A DNA stretch of 64,000 nucleotides from Vicinamibacterales bacterium. Lineage in GTDB: Bacteria > Acidobacteriota > Vicinamibacteria > Vicinamibacterales > SCN-69-37. Location of the stretch: contig DATIWF010000062.1 in the NCBI GenBank assembly GCA_035519535.1, positions 350 to 64,349 on the forward strand. The letters are read 5' to 3'. The notes beneath the pieces were generated by a model. That model saw nothing but the letters and a program-made list of their open reading frames with translations. It ran no database searches and was not told the DNA's origin. A program made the position numbers and the translations under genes. How positions within the stretch are numbered: the stretch's first letter is position 1; the number at the start of each line of letters is the position of its first letter. Below are positions 35,418-45,649 of this stretch, piece by piece.

Positions 35418-37001
35418 TTAGCGGTCGTGGTGACCGCGGCCTTCGGCAAACTTGATCTCGAACACCTGATTCATGCCGTGCTGCTGCGTGACGAACCAGC
35501 GCGTCGTCTCGGGGTTCAGCGTCCGGTCAAGCAAGCCGCCAATCGAACGGTCGCCGTCGGAGACGAGGAGGCCGGTGGGCTCGTTGTCCTCCGAGGTCGC
35601 GAGCGGGTCGCGTCCGAGCGCGATCAGCCGGCGCGCGAACCACCGGTCGTCGCGGTCGTGGTCGCCGTCCTTCTCGCACACGCGGTACGCCCAGACGGAG
35701 TCGAGCGTGTTCAGCTGGCCGTGCAGGCCGTCGCCGCGATCTTCCGCGGTGAGGAGCGTGCACCGATCGGCGAACGTGATGTTGTCGAACGACGCGTGGA
35801 CGGCGTCGCCGAGCACGACGTCGGTGATCGTGCCGAGGGCGCTGTGCCTGTCGAAGTGCACCCGGAAGATCGCGCCCCACGAGCCGCGCGTCGCGAGCGC
35901 CGCCTGATTGCCGGCGTCCGCGTCGGTGTCGCCGGTCACGGTGAAGTAGAAGGTCTCGAGATCAGCGTCGGGCTGGAACGCCAGGTTCTCCGGCCGCTTG
36001 AACGGCGTCGCACCGGCCGCTTTGGCCCGAGCGTTCGCGTCGAAGGCCGCCGAGCCGTTCGCCGCCGTGTCGTGCACCTGCACCCAGACGGCGCCGTGGT
36101 GCGCGCCGGGCGCGTGCAGCGCGACCTGCACTGGTGCGAAGGTGTCGCCGACCGGATCACCCGCATGGAACGTGATCGCCGCGCCGTTCACCCAGACCTG
36201 CAGCGCGTAGAGCGTGCCGCCGGCCGCCAGGTTCGTGCGGTCATACGGATGGAACTTGTAGATGAACGAGTTCGGCTGGTGCGCGGTCTTTGGCGAGGCC
36301 GCATTGTTCGGCACGACGTTCACGGCCGCGCCGCTCACGTCCTCCGCGATGATCAGATCGCCGTCGGCATCCGGGTGGATGCCCTCGAACCCGCCCCGGC
36401 CGATCACGCCCTCGAACGTGCGACGCGCCGGCGGCCAGCCGGGCGTGATCTCGATGACGCCGTTGGTCGTGTTGTTCTCCTGCGTGAACAGCAGCGTGCG
36501 CGTGAACGGATCCCACACCGACCCGTCGATCGAGCTGAACCCCGTCAGACCGGCGCCATTCGTCGGCGTCAGCAGCGTGATGCGATGCGCCGGGTCGTGG
36601 ACGTCGAGATTGATGCGCGTCACGTAGGCGAGTCCGCCGCCGTTCTCGTGACCCTGGAACAGATAGCGCCGGCCGTAGTCGAAGTTGGGCGTCGGCCCGG
36701 GCAGGCCGCCGGGCACCTCGAGGTAGGTGTTCTGGTCGGGCTCGGTCTTCGTCGGGCCCCCGTCGTTCAGGAACCCGAACTTCGTGATGACGCCTGACGG
36801 ATTCTCGAGCGGGTCGGTCCCCTGCGCGATGCGATCGAGGCGATAGTCGTCGATGATGACGTTGGCCGGCGATCCGGCGCGCGCGTTGGGCGCCGGCACG
36901 CTGTCGTCGATCTCGACGCGGATGGCGGACACCACCGCCGTGGCCGCGACCATCGCGGCGCCCAGGAAGAGAACGCGTGGAACCAGGGTGTGCACTCGCA
37001 T
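35418..37001 (-). CDS. PhoX-like / DUF839 beta-propeller phosphatase family protein, secreted
   Basis: 527 aa from ATG 37001 (GGAGG upstream) with a signal peptide. Segments such as FEGIHPDADGDLIIAED and FKRPENLAF...FYFTVTGD resemble DUF839/PhoX. The family assignment is from memory of motifs only. Confidence 0.55.
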   Translation of the reverse strand: MRVHTLVPRVLFLGAAMVAATAVVSAIRVEIDDSVPAPNARAGSPANVIIDDYRLDRIAQGTDPLENPSGVITKFGFLNDGGPTKTEPDQNTYLEVPGGLPGPTPNFDYGRRYLFQGHENGGGLAYVTRINLDVHDPAHRITLLTPTNGAGLTGFSSIDGSVWDPFTRTLLFTQENNTTNGVIEITPGWPPARRTFEGVIGRGGFEGIHPDADGDLIIAEDVSGAAVNVVPNNAASPKTAHQPNSFIYKFHPYDRTNLAAGGTLYALQVWVNGAAITFHAGDPVGDTFAPVQVALHAPGAHHGAVWVQVHDTAANGSAAFDANARAKAAGATPFKRPENLAFQPDADLETFYFTVTGDTDADAGNQAALATRGSWGAIFRVHFDRHSALGTITDVVLGDAVHASFDNITFADRCTLLTAEDRGDGLHGQLNTLDSVWAYRVCEKDGDHDRDDRWFARRLIALGRDPLATSEDNEPTGLLVSDGDRSIGGLLDRTLNPETTRWFVTQQHGMNQVFEIKFAEGRGHHDR

Positions 37002-37178
37002 AAAGCCTCCGAACACGTGGTGAAAGACGGACGCGACTCGAACGTCCGAGGCTAGCGTCTGGCTGTGTCGGAAGCGTGGCGCACGCGTGACGCCGCCGTG
37101 ATCGTTTCGTAACCAATGCACGACGACGGTGACCGCCGAAAGATTCTGGCGTCGTTTCCCCTATAATCCGGGCGGGCC

Positions 37179-38876
37179 ATGGATCAATTCGCGTCCCGCC
37201 GCCGGTTCTTCGCGATGGTATCGGCCATCGGCGTATCCGCACCGTTTGCGCGGGCTCTGTGGGCGGATGTGCGACAGGCGCCCAATGCGCGCGTGACGCC
37301 GGCGATGGCGCGCGAAGCGGCGCGCCTGTCGGGTCTCGCGTACACCGACGCCGAGCTCGAGGGTATGACGGCGTCGCTCAATCGCATCCTCGCCCGCGTC
37401 GACGATCTCCATCGCAGTTCACCGGGCAACGACGTGCCGTCGCCGGTCATCTTCAACCCGCGCGTGCCCGGGATGTCCGTGGCCGTGCCGCGGCGCGTGC
37501 ATCGGCCGAGCACGCCCGCGCGGCAGACGCGGCCGTCGTCGCTCGACGAGCTGGGATTCTGGCCCGTCACTCAGCTGGCCGATCTCATGCGCCGCCGGGT
37601 CGTCTCTGCGACCGAGCTCGCCGAGCTGTCGCTCGCGCGGCTCGAGCGCCACAATCCCGCGCTCAATTGCGTGGTGTCGCTGATGACGGACCGCGCGCTC
37701 GCGCAGGCGCGCGACCTCGACCGCGAGCTTGCCGGCGGCCGCTACCGCGGCCTGCTCCACGGGATTCCGTTCGGCGTCAAGGACATCATCGCCGCTCGCG
37801 GCTACCCGACGACGTGGGGCGCCAAGCCGTTCGAGCACCGGGTGATCGACGAGGACGCCGAAGTCGTGAAGCGGCTGACGGATGGCGGCGCAGTGCTCGT
37901 CGCCAAGCTCACGAGCGGAGAGCTGGCGTTTGGCGATCAGTGGTTTGGCGGGCGCACGAACAACCCGTGGAATCCCGCCGAGGGCTCGAGCGGATCGTCG
38001 GCCGGCTCGGGCGCGGCCGTCGGCGCCGGCCTGGTGGGGTTTGCGATCGGCAGCGACACGGGCGGCTCGATCCTTTCGCCCGCCGTCCGTTGCGGCGTCG
38101 TCGGCCTGCGGCCGACGTTCGGTCGCGTCAGCCGGCGCGGCGTCATGGCGGCCGGATGGACGCTCGACAAGGTCGGACCGATCTGCCGCACGGTCGAGGA
38201 CTGCGCGATCGTGCTGCATGCGATCGCGGGGCCCGATGGCTACGATCTGTCGGTACCGGACGACCTGCCGTTCGCGTGGGACGCCGCTGAATCCGCGAGG
38301 GGCCGGCGCGTCGGGGTGCCGGCCGGCCTGCTCGAGCTGGAGCCGGACGCCGCGGTACGCGCCAACAACGCGCGCGCGATCGACGCGCTGACGGCGGCGG
38401 GCCTCGAGATCCGTCCCATCGACCCGCCGAAGAGCGACCTCAGCTATTTCATCGAGTACACCGAGCGGGCCGCCGGATTCGAGACGCTCGTGCAATCGGG
38501 GCAGGACGCCGGCGTCGTCGAGCGCGTCCGCAACGACCTGCGCGCGTACCATCTGGTCACCGCGGTCGACTACCTCCAGGCCAATCGCGAGCGCCTGCGC
38601 TTGATGGATGCCTACGCGCGCGCCACGCGCGACGTGGACGTCGTCGTGTGCGGCGGCGTCACGCTGCAAGCGAATACCAGCCTGAATCCGATTACCAGCC
38701 TCACGGGCCATCCCTGCGTCGCCGTGCCAACGGGGTTCCGGCCGAACGGCACGCCGACCGGCTTCACGATGGCCGGGCGTCTGTACGACGAAGCCGGACT
38801 GCTCGTCGTGGCCCGCGTCATCGAACGCGCCACCGGCCTTGGCGGCCGTCGTCCGCGCGTCGGCGGCCAGGACTAG
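37179..38876 (+). CDS. amidase-signature family enzyme with Tat-like signal
   Basis: 565 aa. SRRRFFAMVSAIG is the signal. GIPFGVKDII and GGSSGSSAGSGAAVGAGLVGFAIGSDTGGSILSPA match the amidase signature (Ser-cisSer-Lys family). Confidence 0.85.
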   Translation: MDQFASRRRFFAMVSAIGVSAPFARALWADVRQAPNARVTPAMAREAARLSGLAYTDAELEGMTASLNRILARVDDLHRSSPGNDVPSPVIFNPRVPGMSVAVPRRVHRPSTPARQTRPSSLDELGFWPVTQLADLMRRRVVSATELAELSLARLERHNPALNCVVSLMTDRALAQARDLDRELAGGRYRGLLHGIPFGVKDIIAARGYPTTWGAKPFEHRVIDEDAEVVKRLTDGGAVLVAKLTSGELAFGDQWFGGRTNNPWNPAEGSSGSSAGSGAAVGAGLVGFAIGSDTGGSILSPAVRCGVVGLRPTFGRVSRRGVMAAGWTLDKVGPICRTVEDCAIVLHAIAGPDGYDLSVPDDLPFAWDAAESARGRRVGVPAGLLELEPDAAVRANNARAIDALTAAGLEIRPIDPPKSDLSYFIEYTERAAGFETLVQSGQDAGVVERVRNDLRAYHLVTAVDYLQANRERLRLMDAYARATRDVDVVVCGGVTLQANTSLNPITSLTGHPCVAVPTGFRPNGTPTGFTMAGRLYDEAGLLVVARVIERATGLGGRRPRVGGQD

Positions 38877-38882
38877 CGCGCG

Positions 38883-40046
38883 GTGCCTCGTTCTCAAAGC
38901 GCGCGCGACCTTCAGTTGATCTTCGACCGCGCGCCGTGGCGCTCGCGCCTGCTGTTCTACGCCGGCGTCTTCTGCTGCTTCGCGCCGGTGGGCCTCTTGA
39001 AGGGGATGCAGTCGCTCGGCACCGCCTCGTGGTCCTATCTCGCGATCGAAGGCGGGCTCTCGGGGCTGCTCGCGGTTGGCTGGGCCGCGTGCGCCATTCA
39101 CAAGCGGCGATGGCTGCCCGGCGTCATTCTCGCGACGCTCTTTCTGGCCGTGGGCCTGAGGTACTGGCTGCCCGATCCCTTGGTGCCCGACAGCCTCAGC
39201 GGGGCAACGCTCCTTGCGGTCAAGGCCCGCCTCACGTCGATGTCCGTCGCGACGCTCTATGTGGTCGTGCTCGCGTACGTCGCGTTCGTCATGTTCATCC
39301 TCGGCGAGGGGCGGCGGTCGTTCCGCGCATACACGGAGATCGCCCTCGCGCGCGAGATTCACGGGTCGCTCGTGCCGGCCACGAGCGGCGCCACGCACGA
39401 CGCGATCTGGCGCGGCATGTCGCGGCCGAGCGGCGACGTCGGCGGCGATCTCGTCGACGTCGTCGCCGATCGCGGCGCCTGGTTCGGCTGCGTCGCCGAT
39501 GTGACGGGGCACGGCGTGGCGGCCGGCGTCCTGATGGGCATGTTCAAAACGGCGGTGCACGCGAGCCTGCTGGACGCGCGCGACGTGGGCGATCTCATCT
39601 CGCGCGTCAACCGCACGCTGTGCCCGCTGACGCAGCCGAACATGTTCGTGACGTGCGCGTGCCTGCGGATCGCCGGGCTGCGGCGCATCGAGTACGTGCT
39701 GGCCGGGCATCCGTCGTTCCTCCACGTCTCGAAGCGGTCGGGTCAGGCCTCGTGGGTGGGCTCGCAGCAACTGGCGCTCGCGCTGCGGCCCGAGACGACG
39801 TACACGAGCGCCTCGCTCGACGTCGAGCCGGGCGATCTGATCGTGGTGATCACCGACGGGCTCCTCGAGGTCTTCGACGCCAGGGGCCGGGAGTTCGGCG
39901 CCGACGGCGTCGCGGCGGTGATTCGACCGCTGGCGACGCGCGGGCTGGATGAAATCGAAGCCGCGGTCTTCGCCGCTGCCCAGCGGCACGGCGGCCAGAC
40001 CGACGATCAGACGATGCTGCTGCTGCGGCTGCCGGAGGCGGTCTGA
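38883..40046 (+). CDS. membrane-anchored PP2C/SpoIIE-family serine phosphatase
   Basis: 387 aa with ~5 N-terminal TM helices, then GDVGGDLVDVV, ADVTGHGVAAGVLMG and ITDGLLE, typical of RsbU/SpoIIE phosphatases. Confidence 0.8.
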   Translation: MPRSQSARDLQLIFDRAPWRSRLLFYAGVFCCFAPVGLLKGMQSLGTASWSYLAIEGGLSGLLAVGWAACAIHKRRWLPGVILATLFLAVGLRYWLPDPLVPDSLSGATLLAVKARLTSMSVATLYVVVLAYVAFVMFILGEGRRSFRAYTEIALAREIHGSLVPATSGATHDAIWRGMSRPSGDVGGDLVDVVADRGAWFGCVADVTGHGVAAGVLMGMFKTAVHASLLDARDVGDLISRVNRTLCPLTQPNMFVTCACLRIAGLRRIEYVLAGHPSFLHVSKRSGQASWVGSQQLALALRPETTYTSASLDVEPGDLIVVITDGLLEVFDARGREFGADGVAAVIRPLATRGLDEIEAAVFAAAQRHGGQTDDQTMLLLRLPEAV

Positions 40047-40067
40047 CGCGGCACGCCGAGCGATCGG

Positions 40068-40940
40068 TCAGCGCGGCCGCTCGGCGACGTACGTGAAGCG
40101 GGACAGCCGGCCTTCTCGCCCGAGCCGCGCGACGGTCTCGAAGAACTCCTGCTGCGCGCGATAGGTCTCGTCGCCTTCAATCTCGACGAGCGCCGCGCGT
40201 CTCGCCGCCCGGGCCGCGCCACGCCGCTGGGCGATCGCGGTCATGTGCGCGGTCGAGTCCTCGCGGGTCACGAGACGCAGCCCGCAGCCGGCGATGACGC
40301 GGTCATCGTAGTCGGCGGGGACGAAGAGGAAGAAGCCGATCGCGCTGCGGCGCGCGATCTGGTCGCTCGTGAGCGGGCCCGTGACGACGACCGGATCGGT
40401 GAAGAGGAGGCGCCCGCCAGGCGTCAGCACGCGCGCGCACTCGCCGAGGATCTGCGGGCGGTCGGGCAGGTGGTTGATCGCATCGATGCAGGTGATCGCG
40501 TCGAAGCGGGCGTCGGGGAAGGGCAGGGGCTGGCGGGCGTCCGCGCGCTCGAACGTCGCCCGCGATGACAGGCCGCGGTCGCTGGCCAGCGCGCGCGCCG
40601 TCACGAGCGCCTGCTCGTGAAGATCGATCCCGGTGACCGTGCACCCGGTGGCCGCGGCGATTCGCAGCGCCGGGCCGCCCGCGCCGCACGCGACGTCCAG
40701 CAGCGTCTTCCCCGGCCCGAGATCGAGCCAGCGAATGAACCGATCCTGTTCGTCGGCCGTGATCCAGCTCTGCTGCCCGATGTCCTCGCCGAAGGCCTCT
40801 CGGCGGATGTCTTCGTACAGCGTCGTCTGGAAGTGGCCATAGCTGGCATCGTAGTGCGTGCGGTGGCCGCTCACGACAGTTCGCTCCGCGTTGAGATCGT
40901 CGCCGGGCCGTGGGCGCCAGGCCGCCGAGATGCCCGCCAT
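40068..40940 (-). CDS. class I SAM-dependent methyltransferase
   Basis: 290 aa from ATG 40940. Motif I LLDVACGAGGPA. Post-I/II regions VTGIDL and FDAITCIDAINHLPD...LTPGGRLLFTD. Confidence 0.8.
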   Translation of the reverse strand: MAGISAAWRPRPGDDLNAERTVVSGHRTHYDASYGHFQTTLYEDIRREAFGEDIGQQSWITADEQDRFIRWLDLGPGKTLLDVACGAGGPALRIAAATGCTVTGIDLHEQALVTARALASDRGLSSRATFERADARQPLPFPDARFDAITCIDAINHLPDRPQILGECARVLTPGGRLLFTDPVVVTGPLTSDQIARRSAIGFFLFVPADYDDRVIAGCGLRLVTREDSTAHMTAIAQRRGAARAARRAALVEIEGDETYRAQQEFFETVARLGREGRLSRFTYVAERPR

Positions 40941-40985
40941 TGTAGACCCGGGACCATCGCGCGGGCTCCGATACAATGGCGCGCG

Positions 40986-41492
40986 ATGCCGCGCTCGACT
41001 CGCCGCCGGCCGACGCGCACCCGGCGTGGCCGACCGCACAAGTACGGCCGACCGAGCAAGGTCGTCGCGCTGACGCTCCCGATCGAGGTGATTGAAGCGC
41101 TTCGGGCCTCCCACTCCGATCTGGGGTGGGCCGTCGTCAAGCTGGTCGAGAAGGCGGGGGGGCGCGCGGCGCGGCCGGCCGCCGCGGACTTCCAGCTCGT
41201 CGAGGTGGGCGCCGGCGCCTCGCTCATCGTCGTCGATCCGGCGTCCATCGAGCGGCTGCCCGCGGTGCAGATCGTGCCGTTGTCGGATCACGAGGCGTTT
41301 CTGGCGCTCGCGCCCGGCCGCGGCATGGCCGACCTCGAGATCGCGGTCGTCGATCAGATGGAGCGCCTGCGGGCCGGCACGCCGGAGCGGCGCGCGGCCG
41401 AGCGGCTGCGTCAGCAGCTGCGCGCCTGGCGGAAGGACTCGCGGCTGACCTTCGAGTCCCGATCGATCATCCTCGTCACGCGAAACAAATAG
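40986..41492 (+). CDS. hypothetical protein with Arg-rich N-terminus
   Basis: 168 aa from ATG 40986 (MPRSTRRRPTRTRRGRPHKYGRPSKVVALTLPIEVIEAL...). I recognise no family. The track ORF opens at 40617 in antisense overlap with the methyltransferase. Confidence 0.45.
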   Translation: MPRSTRRRPTRTRRGRPHKYGRPSKVVALTLPIEVIEALRASHSDLGWAVVKLVEKAGGRAARPAAADFQLVEVGAGASLIVVDPASIERLPAVQIVPLSDHEAFLALAPGRGMADLEIAVVDQMERLRAGTPERRAAERLRQQLRAWRKDSRLTFESRSIILVTRNK

Positions 41493-41516
41493 CCTCGAGT
41501 CGCTCGGCGGCCGCCG

Positions 41517-43649
41517 CTAGTGCGCGCGGCGCCGCGTAAGGTCCATCAGGGCCTGATGCGTGCCGAGCGTCTCGGGGCCCGCGGCCTGCGGGTCCGGGCG
41601 GAGCTGCGTGTACTCGCCGTCGCCGCCCATGACCCAGGCCTGACGGCGGTCTTGGAGGGAGATCTCGAGGATCTCCCAGAGCTTCTCCCGCCCGTGGCGC
41701 GCGACGACGGGCGCGACGACCTCGACGCGATGCGAGAGATTGCGGAACATCCAGTCGGCGGACCCGATGAAGAACTCGCCCTCGAGCGGGTCGGCGCTGC
41801 CGGCCGCGAAGTAGAAGATGCGCGAGTGCTCCAGGAAACGTCCGATCACGGAGCGCACGCTCACGGATTCGCTGAAGCCGGCCACACCGGGCCTGAGGCA
41901 GCAGAAGCCGCGCACGATGAGGTCGATCGCGACGCCCGCCCGTGACGCCTCGCAGAGCGCGGCGATGATCGCGGGGTCCTCGAGCTGGTTCATCTTGCCG
42001 ACGATGCGCGCCGGCCGGCCGGCGCGCTGGTTGGCGGTCTCGCGCGCGATCAGGTCGAGGAACCGCTGCCGCATCGTCTTGGGCGCGACGAGCAGCCGCT
42101 GGAAGTCGGGCGGCTCGGATCGCCCCGTCAGGTGGTGGAACAGATTCACGACGTCGCCGGTGATCGCGGGATCGCACGTGAGCAGGCCGACGTCCGAGTA
42201 GATCCGGGCCGTCCGCACGTGGTAGTTGCCGGTGCCGACGTGCGCGTAGGTGCGCAGACCGCCGGCCTCCTTGCGAACGACGAGCGCGACCTTGGCGTGC
42301 GTCTTGAGCGACATGTCGCCCACGGTCACGTGCGCGCCGACGCGCTCGAGCTCGGCGGCCCAGTGCAGGTTGCGCTCCTCGTCGAAGCGCGCTTTGAGCT
42401 CGATGACGCACGCGACCTGCTTGCCCGACTCGGCGGCCTGGATGAGCGAGCGGACGAACGGCGTGTCGTCGCCCACGCGATACACCGTCATCTTGATGGC
42501 CAGCGTGCGCGGGTCGCGCGCGGCCGTCTCGATGAAGCGCTCCACGCTGTCGCTGAAGCTCTCGTACGGATGGTGGACGAGGATGTCGCCGGCCTGGATC
42601 GCCTCGAACATGTCCGTGTCGGCGCGGAGGCTGGACGGGGCCGCCGGCATCCACGGCGCGTCGCGCAGCTCGGGCAGGTCGAGGTTCGCGATCTCGAACA
42701 GGCTCGAGTAGTCGATCTCGCCGGTGAGCACGTAGACATCGCGCGGCAGCAGGCCGAAGCGCTCCTGCAGCATGAGCTGCACGCGGCGGTCGGGCGCGCC
42801 CGCGAACTCGAGCCGGACGACGGGCTCGAAGCGGCGCTGGCGGATCTGCTCGCGGACTGCGTCTCGCACGTTGCGATCCTTCTCGTCGTCGAGCTCGACC
42901 TCCGCGTCGCGCGTGAGGCGGAAGAGCGTGGGCGACGTCAGGCGCATGCCGGGATAGAGCTTGTGCGCGTTCTCCTGGATGATCTCGTGCAGCCGCACGA
43001 ACAGGCGCTCGCCCGGCCGGACCTCCGTCGTGATCGGCACCCACTGCGCGAGCTCGGACGGCACCTTCACGCGCGCGTCCACCGACTCACCGGTCCGGTC
43101 GTCGTGGAGCTGAAACGAGATCGACAGCGACAGGTTCGAGAAGAAGGGAAACGGCTGCGACGGCTGGATCACGAGCGGCGTCAGCGCTGCGGAGACCTGC
43201 GTGTCGAAGTACGCGGAGGCCTCGCGCCGCTGGGCCTCGGAGAGCGACTCCCAGTGCCGCAGGTGGATGCCGTGCCGCGCGAGCTCGGGGACGAGGCGAT
43301 CGCGGAAGCACTCCGCGCGCTGGCGCAGCATCGGCTCGAGGCGCTCGCGGATGCGGGCGATGAGCTGCTGGCGCTCGGGCGTGCGGTGCTCGCGCAGCAC
43401 GGCCATGCGCTTCATGAAGAACTCGTCCAGGTTCGACGTGAAGATCGCGAGGAACTTCGCGCGCTCGAGCAGCGGCGTCCGCTCGTCGAGCGCCTCGTTG
43501 AGGACGCGCCGGTTGAACTCCATCCAGCCCAGGTCGCGGTCGACCCAGACCGTCGAGAGCGCCGCTTCGCGGATCGCGGACTCCGGGGCGTCCTGCAGAC
43601 GGGCGGGGGCCGGGGCAAGCACGCGCGCCATAGGGTCAGGAACGTCCAT
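41517..43649 (-). CDS. ppk: polyphosphate kinase 1
   Basis: 710 aa. WMEFNRRVLNEALDERTPLLERAKFLAIFTSNLDEFFMKR is the PPK1 N-terminal signature, followed by the two PLD-like C-terminal domains. An alternative start is at ATG 43631. Confidence 0.9.
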   Translation of the reverse strand: MDVPDPMARVLAPAPARLQDAPESAIREAALSTVWVDRDLGWMEFNRRVLNEALDERTPLLERAKFLAIFTSNLDEFFMKRMAVLREHRTPERQQLIARIRERLEPMLRQRAECFRDRLVPELARHGIHLRHWESLSEAQRREASAYFDTQVSAALTPLVIQPSQPFPFFSNLSLSISFQLHDDRTGESVDARVKVPSELAQWVPITTEVRPGERLFVRLHEIIQENAHKLYPGMRLTSPTLFRLTRDAEVELDDEKDRNVRDAVREQIRQRRFEPVVRLEFAGAPDRRVQLMLQERFGLLPRDVYVLTGEIDYSSLFEIANLDLPELRDAPWMPAAPSSLRADTDMFEAIQAGDILVHHPYESFSDSVERFIETAARDPRTLAIKMTVYRVGDDTPFVRSLIQAAESGKQVACVIELKARFDEERNLHWAAELERVGAHVTVGDMSLKTHAKVALVVRKEAGGLRTYAHVGTGNYHVRTARIYSDVGLLTCDPAITGDVVNLFHHLTGRSEPPDFQRLLVAPKTMRQRFLDLIARETANQRAGRPARIVGKMNQLEDPAIIAALCEASRAGVAIDLIVRGFCCLRPGVAGFSESVSVRSVIGRFLEHSRIFYFAAGSADPLEGEFFIGSADWMFRNLSHRVEVVAPVVARHGREKLWEILEISLQDRRQAWVMGGDGEYTQLRPDPQAAGPETLGTHQALMDLTRRRAH

Positions 43650-43702
43650 ACTACCCGTACGGCACGACGGGCGTGTGAGAACCGCTAGACTAAGTTGCAG
43701 CC

Positions 43703-45634
43703 GTGTATCTTCCGCGCTTCGGGAACGCCGGATCTGTCAGGCGGCGCGTGACCGCCGTGGCGCTGGCCGCCGGTGCCGTTGGCTGCGGCCGGCCGGCGCC
43801 CGCGCCACCCGCCCCGGTCACATTCAACAGCGACATCGCGCCCATCGTGTTCGCACACTGCGCGCCCTGCCATCGACCGGGCGAGGTCGCGCCGTTCTCC
43901 CTGCTGACGTACGCGGACGCCGCCAAGCACGCGAGCGGCATGGCGGAAGAAACGCGCCTGCGTCACATGCCGCCGTGGCTGCCCGAGCCGGGCGAGTTCG
44001 CGATCCTCGGTGACCGGCGGCTTCGCGACAGTCAGATCGATCTGATCCAGCGATGGGTCGCCGGCGGCAAGCTCGAGGGCAACGCGGCCGACGCGCCGAA
44101 GGCGCCCGTGTTTCCCGGCGGGTGGCAGCTCGGTCAGCCCGACCTCGTGCTCGCGCCGGCGCGGCCGTACTCCCTCAAGCCGGGTCCCGAGGACGTGTAT
44201 CGCAACCTGGTGATCCACCCGTCGCTGAAGGCCGGCGTGTTCGTGCGCGCGGTCGAATTCAAGACCGGCGGCGCGCCGATTCATCACGCGGTGATTCGCG
44301 TCGACGCCACGCCCGCGTCGCGCGCCCGCGACGGTGCCGACGGGCAGCCGGGGTTCGACGGCATGAGCTGGCAGAGCACGCAGGATCCCGAGGGCAACTT
44401 CATCGGCTGGGCGCCCGGCCGCGGGCCGATCGTCTCGCCGGACCGCATGCCGTGGCGGCTCGAGCGCGGGGCCGATCTCGTCCTCGAACTCCACCTCATT
44501 CCCGGCGAGTCGCCCGTGAGCGTGCAGCCGACCATCGCGCTGTTCCTGACCGACCAGCCGCCCGCCGCGTCGCCGCTCACGCTCAAGATGGGCTCGAAAC
44601 TGATCGACATTCCCCCGGGCCAGTCCGACTACGTCGTCACCGACACGTACGAGCTGCCGGTGCCGTTCGATCTGCTGAGCGTTTATCCACATGCGCACTA
44701 TCTGGGCAAGGAGATGCGCGTCACCGCCGAGCTGCCCGGCGGCGTCGTCAAGACGCTGCTCTACATCAAGCAGTGGAGCTTCCACTGGCAGCAGGACTAC
44801 CGGTTCGCCGAGCCAATCGCGCTGCCCGCCGGCACGAAGCTCACCATGCGCTACACCTACGACAACTCCGAGGCGAACGGCGAGAACCCGCATCATCCCC
44901 CGGTGCGCGTGCGGCTCGGACCGAAATCGACGGACGAAATGGCGGAGCTCGGCCTGCAGGTGCTGCCCAAGTCGCTGGCGGACGCCGCACGGCTCGTGCA
45001 GTCGTTCGTCGATCGCGACGCGCAAGCCAACGTGACGCTGGGCGAGCTGCGCGTCAGGGAGCAGCCGGAGAACGCGGAGTATCAGCTGTTCCTCGGCGAC
45101 AGCTACATGGATGTGGACCGGTATGCCGAGGCGGTGCCGCATCTCGAGGCGTCGCTGCGGATCAACGAGCGATCGGCCAACGCGCACAACGACCTGGGGA
45201 CGGCGCTGATGCAGCTGGGCCGGGTGCCCGAGGCGTTGCAGCACATCCAGCGGGCGGTCGAGCTGGCGCCGCGCGACGAGCGGACCTATTTCAATCTCGG
45301 CAACGCGCTGAGCCACGCCTCGCGCGTCGATGAAGCGGCCGCTGCCTACGAGCGGTCGCTCGCGATCAATCCCGACTACGGGGAGGCGCACGTGAACCTG
45401 GGGTCGCTGCTGTTCTCGCACGGCCGCGTGCCGGAGGCGCTGACGCATTTCCGGCGCGCCGTGGAGCTGATGCCGAACTCGGCGGTGATCCACAACGATC
45501 TGGCGAGCGCCCTGGCGGCGTCCGGCCGCTATGCCGACGCGATGCAGCAGGTCCGGCAGGCGCTCGCGCTCAATCCCGACTTCGCGCCGGCGCTCGACAA
45601 CCTGAAGCGCTTGCAGCAGCTGGGCATCCGCTGA
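43703..45634 (+). CDS. haem-binding (CxxCH) redox-domain protein with C-terminal TPR repeats
   Basis: 643 aa with a lipoprotein-like signal (…AAGAVGCG) and DIAPIVFAHCAPCHRPGE (one CxxCH). The central domain has His-rich strands (APIHHAVI, YPHAHYLGKEMRV). The C-terminal ~190 aa are TPR repeats. The central-domain family is uncertain. Confidence 0.65.
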   Translation: MYLPRFGNAGSVRRRVTAVALAAGAVGCGRPAPAPPAPVTFNSDIAPIVFAHCAPCHRPGEVAPFSLLTYADAAKHASGMAEETRLRHMPPWLPEPGEFAILGDRRLRDSQIDLIQRWVAGGKLEGNAADAPKAPVFPGGWQLGQPDLVLAPARPYSLKPGPEDVYRNLVIHPSLKAGVFVRAVEFKTGGAPIHHAVIRVDATPASRARDGADGQPGFDGMSWQSTQDPEGNFIGWAPGRGPIVSPDRMPWRLERGADLVLELHLIPGESPVSVQPTIALFLTDQPPAASPLTLKMGSKLIDIPPGQSDYVVTDTYELPVPFDLLSVYPHAHYLGKEMRVTAELPGGVVKTLLYIKQWSFHWQQDYRFAEPIALPAGTKLTMRYTYDNSEANGENPHHPPVRVRLGPKSTDEMAELGLQVLPKSLADAARLVQSFVDRDAQANVTLGELRVREQPENAEYQLFLGDSYMDVDRYAEAVPHLEASLRINERSANAHNDLGTALMQLGRVPEALQHIQRAVELAPRDERTYFNLGNALSHASRVDEAAAAYERSLAINPDYGEAHVNLGSLLFSHGRVPEALTHFRRAVELMPNSAVIHNDLASALAASGRYADAMQQVRQALALNPDFAPALDNLKRLQQLGIR

Positions 45635-45649
45635 CGCGCGCTTGCGCGC

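Noticed and set aside
35311-43649. PhoD, the PhoX-like phosphatase and ppk1 within 8 kb as a dedicated phosphate island or novel system.
   Set aside because: The genes are on different transcription units, interspersed with unrelated genes (amidase, PP2C phosphatase, methyltransferase). All are ordinary phosphate-scavenging or storage functions common in soil bacteria.
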